From Klebsormidium nitens (lineage: Eukaryota; Plantae; Klebsormidiophyceae): a DNA stretch of 64,000 bases. Numbering within the stretch: position 1 is the first letter of the stretch; each line of letters starts with the position of its first letter. Under the pieces are notes generated by a model. That model saw nothing but the letters and a program-made list of their open reading frames with translations, searched no databases and had not been told where the DNA came from. Shown in pieces: positions 43,670 to 54,040 of the stretch. Both the position numbers and the translations under genes were made by a program. Location of the stretch: positions 1-64,000 of the forward strand of contig DF237447.1 in assembly GCA_000708835.1 (NCBI GenBank), given 5' to 3'.

Positions 43670-44485
43670 CTCAGTGCCGGGGGTGTGGCATCGTCCTTGC
43701 TGGCAAAAATGCTTTTCTAAGCCTGCAATAGGGACAAGCTCTGAATTGCCTGGTTACGACTACTGGACCTGGTGCTACCTGCCCATGTGTAACATCGTCC
43801 TGCCCTGCCGAGGCTTTCCAAACTACAGCAAAGACGGCTTCAAGTTTTTTGACAAAATACTGGGCCCGCTTTACCGACCCAGATGCTAAATCGTCCTGGC
43901 CGGCAGAGATTTCTAAGCTGATGTACAAATGGCTCCGAACGCGCACTGAAGGCAATTGGGCCCGGTTCACTGGCCCAGGATTTCGCATCGTCTTGGCCGG
44001 CAAAGAGAAGTAGGGACGGCTCTGAACGTCGTCAGACACAGCATTGGGCCCAGTTCAAATTCACCGGCCCAGATGTTTCATCGTCTTGGCCGGCAGAAAC
44101 TTTTTACCTAAGTAGGGAGGGCTTTAAGAGCTTGTAGAAGGACAGCACCGGGCCCGGTTCACCAGTTCAGATTCCGCGTGGGTTGGGCCGGCAGAAAACC
44201 TTCAAGCTAAATGCGGACGGCTCTGAGCGCTCTTAGAAGGATCACATTGGGGCAAGGTCATGGGACCATATGTTGCATTGTCCGGGCCCACATAAAACAT
44301 CGAAGCTCAAGTAGAAACGGCTCACAACGCTCTCCGAATGACACCACTGGGCCCAACTATTGAACCGTCCTGGCCGGCAGACAACTTTTCAGGTAAGATA
44401 CAGACTGCCCTAAACGCTTCTTGAGGAACGGCGTTAGACCCTGTTCATCGGCCCAGGTGTTGCATCGTCCTGGCTGGTACGAAGT
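43670..44485 (+). repeat. Tandem array of nine ~97-bp monomers (basic unit of the large array)
   Basis: Box GTCYTGGCC or variants at 43693, 43797, 43893, 43990, 44083, 44181, 44280, 44367, 44467 (spacings 104, 96, 97, 93, 98, 99, 87, 100). By-eye consensus: GCCCAGRTGTTGCATCGTCCTGGCCGGCAGAAAACTTTTCAAGCTAAAGTAGGGACGGCTCTGAACGCTCTTAGAAGGACAGCATTGGGCCCGGTTCACCG. Confidence 0.9.
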
Positions 44486-47400
44486 TTTAGAGATCGGAAG
44501 AGAGCTTCTGTCCATCTCTTCACTATGTCGACTAAGCAGAATCTCAAACATGCACGAAGACACAAACGACAGCACAAAATGAACGACAAAACGGTTCATA
44601 TCCCAGCACTGCTCAATTGTTTAAATTACTTTAAAGACACGAGCATTGCCATACTGGCCAACTATGAGGACGCGAGCAAAGTACACTTCTTACACAAGAT
44701 CATGCACTCAAATTGGAAGCAGAGAAGTCACGTGCTACTTAGCTTCCTCAAAGAATTGGGATTAAGCAGGCTTTAGGTTCTGCATTTCGACCCCATACGG
44801 GGTCCAACAAGCATCAGGAGAGTTGGATACGTTAGACGAAAAAGGGCTCATTTCAATATGAACCTACATGCAAAGCTCCACAACCTTGGAAAGGTCTGAA
44901 AACCCAAGACCGCTCAGCTAAGTGGTCGGACGGCTGAAAGCGGGCGCACGCCACAAACGCGCCACTGAACTCGACTCGCTCAACAGAAAGAGACCATCCT
45001 AACGCCTCTCAACGCTTTAATTGAATGGGGACGAAGCAGCTCCGACACTCAAATTGCCCACGCATGTACTGGATACTAGGGGCCAGGCGTACTGGCAGCG
45101 ATGCGTCAACCCACGAATCTTGAATCCACACTCACAGTTCCCGCCAGCAAACACATGCCTGATGCCTCTAGCTGTCACCGTTATCGACGCTGCCCATTTA
45201 GATATTACCAGTCCTAAGCATGAACACACTGGAAGGGTAAGGAGTGTATTAAGCTGAAACGGCTGGCAGCATATGTGAACAGCAGGGAAGCTGGGCTGGG
45301 CAGATAGGTTGATGCCCACTCGCTCCCATCATCCTTGCTGCTTGGCAACAGAGGTTTGAAAGCACGGGACAATGAGTCAACCAATGGACCTCTGCAAGTG
45401 CAACGCCGTTGACAGATCAACAGACTGTCGTGTCCGGACCGGGTAAATGGTCCTTGAAGCGCGGATGTAAGGAGAAGAGGGATGTCGCACAGAAAACTCA
45501 CAAGCAGGCCGGGCGCATCTGATTTACTTAGGACGAAGCAAACACTTCCTTCAAGGACAACAGGCCAGTATTCGGGCTTGGACACGTGGCAACACTATGC
45601 CTTGACGCTTCAAGTGATGGAGATTTGAATACCACTTGGCACTCTAGGCATCGGCTTGGATCAATTGAGACAGCCCGTCCTAAGCGAAGCTCGAAAGTGG
45701 ATCTCATGAAAGTCGTACGCAGAAGAACTCTCCGCATACATTTTCGCATACGAAACAAAAGATTCCGAGGAGCATCACAGCTAAGACGTGGATCAGCCTA
45801 AGGAGAAAACCAAACGGCACTGGAACGGAGAGGGTGGAACTGCGGTGAACCGCCAATGAAACACTTGCGAAGCCGCGGCGGCGAGTTGCGCAAACAACGT
45901 CCGTTCCACTGAGCTGCCTCAAAAGGATCCAGTCTTCGCTATATGAGATGGTACAAAAAGAAGATTGCGACTACTAAGAAATCACAAGTGCTTTGCTTGG
46001 TTATGCTCGAGTTTCCCGCGGCTTCAACTAGAGGAGTCGATCGTTCTTGCGCTCAGCCACAAAATCGTCATCATTGCGGTATTTTTAACAGACTCTCGGA
46101 CAGTCACAATGTTGCTTTTCCGATAAAGCAATCAGGGCGGAACCAGATAGTAACCGGAGACGAGTGAGGAAAACATTTTTCGACCTCAGAAATGCCTACA
46201 AAACACGGGAAGCAACTCATTCTGAATCGTGCAAGCAGATTCTATTCAAAGATAACCAGTCAGTAAGACCGTTCCAGGCCCGTGAGATGAGCCCGTTTTT
46301 CGTAAACAACAATCTCGGCCTCCCGACATCCTCTGACCTTGCACGTTCCGAACTGGGTCACAGCTTCACGATCTCAGCACTTTTTTCCGGTGACTAGTTA
46401 GAAAGAGAGATGACGTACTACTGAGGGGAGGAAACACGAGCTTTAACGTAAATTTCCCGACCTGAATATAGCCGAAAGATTCGTCCGACAAACTCGCAGC
46501 ACGTGAACGCCAAGTGCGTACAATAACTCCACCCCAAACGTACCTCGAAGGACCAGATAAACTTGGACACCTCATCCGCCGAACCGCGCCATAAAGGGGC
46601 TGAACCCCGTTTGATCAGTACGTTGACCAATCTTGACCACAATCTCAGTTCAAATCACGGGATGAACCAAGACTCCTTCCAAGTTTCACTAGGGAATGGA
46701 GCAGAATGGGCCCAGATTATTGAGTGCCTACCAGCAGTGTGCCAGGGAACTAGTAGGCGCTTTGCAGTCTGCTTTACTTTCATGGCGGTGTGAACGCGTC
46801 CAATCGGTGCTTCGACCCCGCCAACAATAGGCGAGCTTGCAAGGACGATTACTTTTTGTGGGCGACATTAGCTGCAGAAGAAAAAGGTACGTCGACATTA
46901 AAACAGCAACAGCTTCATGATTGTTTCGCATTATAAGGTTCTAGGAAAAAATATTCCGCGTGCAATGCGCTCCTTTTTTAAACATTGGAGAACGGAAGGA
47001 AAGAGGCAATCAAGTAGCTCGGAAAACTGTTTCAGCGAGTTCCCGCTAGTGAAGAATGGTGAGCACAGCTAGAGCGTGAGGCACAGGTCGCCCGCCGGTA
47101 TCCGCAAACACTAGCTCCTGATTCCCCAGATTTCTAAGAAAAGGTGTTGCTGCAACACGACGTGTGTAGAGACGTGATGAGCACTTTGACCACGTGTCCA
47201 CACCGTGCCTGGTCGTCCGTGACCGCATGTCCTCTTCGTCAGCCTATGCATCAGCTCAGAAAATCAGCGGAACAGTACTTTAGCTTGCCCAACAAGTGGA
47301 CCTTCTCATGGCCGTGTTACAAAATGAGGCCCATAAGGAGGTAACAACCAAGAAGCCCGAACCCGCATTCCAGCGGTGAGGTATACGGACTCGTTGCACC

Positions 47401-50400
47401 ACATTTTAAAAACTAAGCCCGTGGAAAAGTCCTAAAAACACCAGCGAACGCAGAGCATGGAACCGCAGTCTTCCGCCCAAAGAACAACAGGGAACACCTT
47501 AAGGTCCATAATGGCAGCGTCAGACCATGCCACCACATGTACTTGCGCTCCCTCAAGGCGCTCTATTCTTGCCACCAGCCAATCTAAGTGCAAGCAGGCG
47601 ATGAGATATATCTAGTAGCATGATCAAATCTGTCCCGTGACCCTTGCATCTTCGGGTCTCCAACCATCCCTCCTTGCGCGCACCTGAGACCTTGACCATC
47701 ATTGCCGGAAATTATATCCGAGTTACTCACTTCGCCGTCAATGGAGATTCCGGTCGTCAAAGTGAAGTTGAACGTACGGTCTGCCAGAATGAGCAGCAAA
47801 CTCTGCGAAGCGCTTTGAAAGCCGCTACCGCTTGATGTTTTTGGCAGCGCAATGGCAAGCGCTGCGGCAATCGGGCTGAACTAACCTATATGGTAACATG
47901 ATTGCACACGCCTAGGCAGACAAGGGGCTCCTGCTAGGACGTAGTACCAGCGGGCCAGACTCACGGAAACTACCACCATAAGGCCGCAAACAGTCTCTTG
48001 CATGCCATTGGTTTGACCTTGAACACGTGGCAACACGTTGCCCCGTCGCTTTAAATATTCTCTTCATGTTTGTTTGGTTGCTGCCAGTTGTACCTGGAGA
48101 CATTGGCTCAAGGAATCACAGACGGTATTTGAGCAAAGCTTAAGGAGTGGACCTCGTCATGGCCATGTGACATGTGGAATGCATGACCGTCTGAATTCTA
48201 ACAACCCAAATTCATAAACCTGCATGGCAATTTTAGGGACTCGGTCATAAGGAACATAAGAGACCAGCCCGTGCACACAGTTCGCCGACAACGGGTGGAC
48301 TTGCAGTAGCCTACTATCAACGAGGCGCGACAAGCAAATAGCGGAATGTGCAGCGTCAGAGTTGCGCAAGAAACATATTGAGCTCCCTCAAGAGTTTTCG
48401 TTCCTCGCCGCCCACCCACTGAACCGAAGATTGCCAGAAACAACGCCGGTAATGCGTGGACTTCAAATCGACCACCAGCCGTTCTTGCGTAGAACCGAGA
48501 CGGTAAGTTCGCAAACCAATTGTCCAGTTCAAAATCCAGTTTAAGAGTGCCAGTCTGCTGAAGATTTGACATCAGTCACAAGAACAGAAGCTCAGACGAG
48601 GGATGGACTTTGGTGGCTAAGAGCATTTTATAAGAGCCGGAAGGATACCGAAGTTCTCGTGTCGACACCTGAAAGGCGATACTCAACACTTCAGATTCTG
48701 GGCTAGCTCGCACTTGGCAAATGTGGGCATATTTTGAATTTTTTTGATACAGCACGGAAACGCTACGAAGTCGAAACTCGGGACTTCACTTTACGGCAAA
48801 GTGCTTCGACGGCGCTCTCCACTCTTCCACAGCGCGACCAAGGAAAACTATGCACTGACATGGAGCTCTTGGACAGGCGACTGATAAATTGACAAAGTCA
48901 CAGCACGTAAAAGTCAAGTCAAAAAGGGAGCAGAAGCTTTGTGGTTACTCGGCTACGCACACACAGTTGCGTCATCAGAACTTGGACAGCAAGGACGATA
49001 CGACAGACAAACCGCCTGTCCGGATCCGCACGAGGAGCAAGTTGAACGCGAAGCCGGCTCCAGATTCTCAAGGAAAGGAAATCCGCTGGGCCCAGTGTTA
49101 CCTGCCCAGATGTTTCGTCGTCCTGGCCAGCAGAAAGTTCCGAGGCTGTAATTGGGCTACTGTCCACTTGTTCGCCGCGTCGAGAACTCAGGTATTGACA
49201 AAACCAGGAACACATTGAACCATATAGAAGAAGCCTGGGAGCGGAGCGCAAGTTTTCAATGGCCGGTGAAGACAGCCCGTAGCACTGGTCGTTCTCTGAT
49301 AGTCAAGCTCAATGTCAATAGGCCAAGTCAGGGCGACAATCGCCTTCAAGGTCTACGATCCCGTTAAACCTAGGTTGATGCTATCAAGGCCGCAGAATTG
49401 AAGCTCAAGCATCACAAGCTACATGCTTCTTAGGATGACCCGTCACTGAACAAAGCGGATGTGGCAAGGATTCGTATTTTGAATAATGTGGGTCCCATAT
49501 CCAGAAAGGTTGGATGGCCTCAAAGACACAGGGGATCATGAGAATCGATACCTCAGTTTGATGTCGTCGTCACGGCCATAGGAGGGTCAGCCAAAAGGAC
49601 TCGTCTCATTGCAAGTTCTCCAACACGCGAATTACAAATGCATGTACATGAAAGCGGCAAGTTTGAACCCAAGGCTCCCAAGACGAAGCCAGATCCCCAA
49701 ACGTTTTCAAAGCCTAGAGTAGATGAGAAAGCATGAGGCCGCTTAAGAAGTCCTAGATTGTGCAAGCACATCTCGGCTTGCGGCAAACGTGCAAGGTCAT
49801 CTTGTGAACCACTGACGAGACTAGTTACTGCTGTGAAAATCTGGCATTGGTTATGTCGATCAGGATTTTGCAATGTGGATGTTGCTCTTTCTTTGATGGC
49901 ACTGCTGCAAACACTTTCTGCATATTGTGCTCATGCTAAAGCCGTCGGAAGCAACTTGATCAGGCATGTACAATTAAGACGCAAAAGACGGCTTCGACCA
50001 ACTTGTTACCTATCTGAAGGTCAGCAGATTATGGAGATAGAGAAACAATGAGCTGAAACAGCGGGCAGCGTATGCAAAATTACACCGAATCTGATTGGGC
50101 AACGACGCCCGGTTCTCCGTCATCATCCTTGCTACCTAGCAACAAAATCAGTAAAGGAGCAGATTTAACGGGCGAACAGGCAAACTCTGGGACGACAGCG
50201 CTGTCCTGACAACATCTTGTCGTAAGAGTGATTGGACAGATAAGGGGAAGATCTGAAGGCCAAACATTAAAGCTGAACAATGAAATACACATATCTTTGA
50301 AGCGGAGCGGGCTCATCCACATCACCAACAAGTAATACGAGATTGCCCCTTTCATAATAACGTATGAAGAATCATGTCACACTTCCTTTGAGACCGCGCA

Positions 50401-53400
50401 TGGGAGAGACTTCCCTAAAGGTGCTCCGCATATCAGATCTAGAGATCTCCTAACGACACGCCCAAAAGCCGAGTCCCTTGGGGAAGACGGACAAGTCAGC
50501 ACGTGAAACCGCAGCAATCCGCACAAATGTCGTCAAGGCGCAACACGGAAGTCGACGATCTACGGCGTCAGAACACCGAACTACATCCAATGAGCTGCCT
50601 CAAGAGGCTCTCTTCCTCGCCACAGATCAGCATACTACGGATCTGAACGAAAAAGCAATAGAGGCGTGGTTGACAATGGCCACACAGGCTGCCCCTTGCA
50701 GGTAGACAAAATAGTCCCTCCTTCCGCTGCAGCAGCCTAAGAATTCAATCATCATCGCTGAAATTCTAGTTCAGAGGTCCGTCGTCGAATGATTTGAGAC
50801 TCGGCCACTAAATCGGAGGGCGCCGGACAGTCACGGATTCCTGCAGCTGCAAGCATCCTGACAACTGGGAGATATAAACGCATTTTTCCATCCCGAGAAG
50901 TCGGGACCCAACTCAAGCGGAGCCATGTGAAAAGGTTGGGTCCGACGTGTACAAGCCAGAATGAGATTCACGCATTGCGAGCTGCGGGCCTTTTTCGTTT
51001 TGCAAGACTCGAAGTTCCGAGGTTGCAAGTGCCTAATGGGCTCGCCACGGATTTTGGTGTTCGTCCATCCGTTCTTAGAAAAAGACGGACTTCCAAAGGA
51101 AAGATAAGAAGGTTCGTGCGATTAAGTTCAGCGCTAACATAGAATGCATCGACTGAAAGGACGACTGCACGTGGGCGGAAGCGCCTCTACACACAATAAA
51201 AATGCATGTTACGAGTTGAGCGTTCCTGACGCTTTCGACGTACCGGGGAAGGATGGGGCAGCAGGAGCTCCTGATCGTACATGCACAAAGACGCGGCAGG
51301 CGTACTGAAGTATCAGTGGACGCATACTAGAACACGAGAACCCTCAAACTAGTATGCTTGTCAGACTCCCAAACCTTTTCTTGCTTCGGTTCAAGACGGG
51401 CAGCGCGCCAACATGCCCTCTATGTTGCGGTATCACCTGGTGGATAGACAATCGGAAGCACGGCCGCTGTGGACAAAAGATATGCCTGGTGCTTACAGAA
51501 GTGAGCACATAGACGCCTTCCATCAGGCTTTTGGAAAGATTTGATGTCATTCATTCCGAAGAGCAGAAATGCAGTGAGCTTGAACAAGTAGCAGCATATG
51601 GAAAAGGTCTACATTGGGGCAGGCAGTCAACACCCCAGTCTCCCATTTCATCCTTGCTGCTTCGTATGACAAAATTAGAAGCACAGGAGTATCAGACTGA
51701 TGGGGGACTCTTCGCAACAGTAGCGCTGTCGACAGACGGACAACAAGTCTTAATTTGAGCGAAAGCAACACAGCAATCTTGATCATGCGCTCATTTGCCG
51801 GGACAGAACCGGACAGTGACGAGACGAATTGAGAACTTGCACGACCTTGTTGAGCTCGGAAGTGGGCGCGCTTGCAAACCTTCTCGAGCAACATATACTT
51901 TGGGAGCAGGAACAACTCCGAAGAGTCATAGCATTTTGGGTTGTTGAGCGGCCGATTGTCGTGAACAATCGCGTTTCAATCTAGGTAGAGATGAAACGAG
52001 TGAAGCGTACGGGACTACATGGACGGCCTCAGCCTCGGTGTCCTCTTGCTCTCTTAGCCAGGTTGGCTTACCTAGGAGAGGTGTACAGAGCATCATGACC
52101 ACCAACATGACAGAAACTGTGCACTTGGGAGAGCTGAAGCGGCTTTAAGCCAAAACGAGCCAGTAAGCATTTGCCGATTGAAATGGGCGGGCTGCAACTG
52201 ACTCTATTGCATTGCAGGCACCGAAAACATTGTCATCTCCAAGAGTATTCGCGGGTCATGACAAAGTCATTCAATTCATTCGGTTCGTGGAAACCTGGCA
52301 ATCTACAGACCGCGAATTTGTGAGTTTGACCGCGAAGCTGCGCTTGTCCTTGCATACCATCTCAATTGATACCCGAAAACCGACACAGCGGCCGCTGCAT
52401 TCAGTGACGCAGCAATGACGACGAGGCTTCTACGCTGGTGAAACTCTGAAGCAGAGCACTCGGAACACCAAAGAGATTCTCTCGAGTGACCAAGAACCTG
52501 GTAGGTTGGAGTGGTTAGGACTTGGGACGGGCTGCCCACTTTTCACCCATCTCCATTTTAAAAGCATCTCAACATCTGGTCCTGCAAAAAGCTCACCCGC
52601 TGAGGTTGTCAAGCCGGACGGTGCTCGTACGCGATCGGATTGCAGCGCCTTGTGCCCCTTCCACGAGTTGAGCTGCACCTCCTCGCCAGTTTCTTCGCAT
52701 TCCTGGAACAGTTCCAAGCGGATGACGTCAGCGAAGGTAGGGAGGCATGAAATGCTGACGCAAATCAAATCAAGCTGACGCGGTGCCAATGGCGTGCCCG
52801 CCAGCTTCTCCGCGATTTTGCATGAGCAGGGACCGCTGACGTCAGCGAAGGAAAGGGGTAAGGAAAGCGGACGTCATCAGAGCAGGTTAGACTGTGGTGC
52901 ATGTTTTGTTAAGCGTCCCCGCTAGCAGTCACTTTCCTTGGGGGGAACTTGAACCACATGAAGAGGGACTGTGGCAGGTCACCGTCGCCGTTGACGAAAC
53001 TAAGAAGAGCGGGACGGAGTCTCTTTATACGGCATACCGTCGACTCAGGGCTCGCTTTAGCACGGATTTCGACAAAAAGAAGAACAAAACTGAGCAGCTT
53101 TCAAGGAAGGCAGAAACGTATCGAATGGAGTCTGCAGCCGTTCCGAAGCTTCGGACAGTACCGAAGAAGGGGCACTGGGGGATGCCAGATTCGGACGAAT
53201 AAATTCGCCTGCGTGAATCTGGGAGCTGCCGACCAGGCAAACTTTGAGATAGACGCCGGCTTTGACGCCCAGATTTTGATCCCTGTCTGGTTATGCACCT
53301 TAACTACCACTACTAGACCAATTAACCAAGTCAATCTAGCAGCTCCGGTACTCTCAGCAAACTCTTTGTGGAAAGCGTGATCTGGGCCCACAAAAAATTG

Positions 53401-54040
53401 CATCGTCCTGGCCACAGATTACCGATTTGAAACGGGATGCAAAACTTAAGACGGCAGAATAGATCATTTGCGTGAGGATCGGGGGAGGTGCTGGATGAAA
53501 GCAGAAGTACCGAAGGGCACGCAAGGGCTGACAACGATGAATACACGTTCCGAGTTCAGCTAGGCAGACCGTGCTGATCGCTGAACTCCGTTCGTTTGAT
53601 TTCACAAAGTCTCTGGCCACAGCAGATACTCCACTAAGTACCACAGCGGAAGGAAAGGATTTCTGGACAGCAAACCGACTGGAACGTTTCTCAAATTAAG
53701 CAGCTTCAGGGACTGGGACCACCCTCTGGGTCACAACCAGCCAGCTAGTGCCACATCACAGCTCCAGGTCAAACAGATGAAACGATCGCTGACGTGATCC
53801 TCGGCAAATGGAGGAAACGGCGAAACAGAGCGGAACACCGATAGGACTCTGATGAGGCCATGCGGAACTCGCAGCCAAACACGATGATTTTGGGTGTATG
53901 CAGGGCTCTGGGTGTTTCTTTCTTGCTTGCGGCTCTGTCCGAACGCGTTCACTTTGTGCTTGAGCTACGCTCGTCAATGAAGCACGTCATAGCCGAAAGT
54001 TAAATACCAACAAAAAAGAAAGTAAGAGTGTGAGTTATAC

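Larger units (their letters stand above)
1..53450 (+). repeat. Giant degenerate higher-order array built on an inverted-repeat + box unit (TGRGC-Nx-GCYCA ... RTCMTKGCC)
   Basis: More than 50 co-oriented units read directly. Left-arm positions include 1278, 3568, 4506, 6277, 7776, 8411, 11716, 11813, 12679, 13999, 14107, 15006, 15817, 16570, 17652, 18250, 20212, 22001, 23384, 23483, 24314, 24885, 25954, 28931, 29111, 29479, 31483, 32733, 36697, 38370, 38554, 38970, 39871, 40331, 42572, 45297, 48130, 49087, 50096, 51615, 53383. Flanks are shared among subsets of units in multi-kb blocks. No ORF above 187 aa, no recognisable domain, and paralogous copies differ by frame-breaking indels. The left edge probably lies outside the window. 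Confidence 0.85.

Noticed and set aside
15817-48164. Box read as peptide (GVDLIMAV, USP-like, on +; LHGHDEV, WD40-like, on -; AQVLHRLGRQ, TPR-like)
   Set aside because: The distance between inverted repeat and box varies by non-multiples of three (10, 11, 15, 18 nt), third codon positions are invariant, and no frame stays open. Conservation looks nucleotide-level.
15817-48164. Minus-strand RKGAYGA as C/D snoRNA box C, hammerhead core or HDV-like ribozyme
   Set aside because: No consistent CUGA box D, no CUGANGA-stem-GAAA, and no nested double pseudoknot could be assembled by eye; an Infernal/Rfam scan would settle it.
48985-49500. Isolated box-like hits on the minus strand (GCAAGGACGAT ~48988, GGCAAGGAT ~49464; also ~46838)
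   Set aside because: They lack a convincing accompanying inverted repeat, except a weak TGGG-A-CCCA near 49490, and are compatible with chance. They do temper the claim of strict single orientation.
52430-53415. Exon-like frames on both strands (plus 52978-53202; minus ~52700-52500)
   Set aside because: Conflicting strands, no phase-consistent chain, no recognisable family, and they overlap the last array unit. An eroded gene cannot be excluded.
1-53450. CRISPR array or prokaryotic integron interpretation of the repeat
   Set aside because: Eukaryotic context, no cas or integrase gene in the window, repeats are degenerate and bipartite, and spacers are long, non-unique and carry no intact ORFs.
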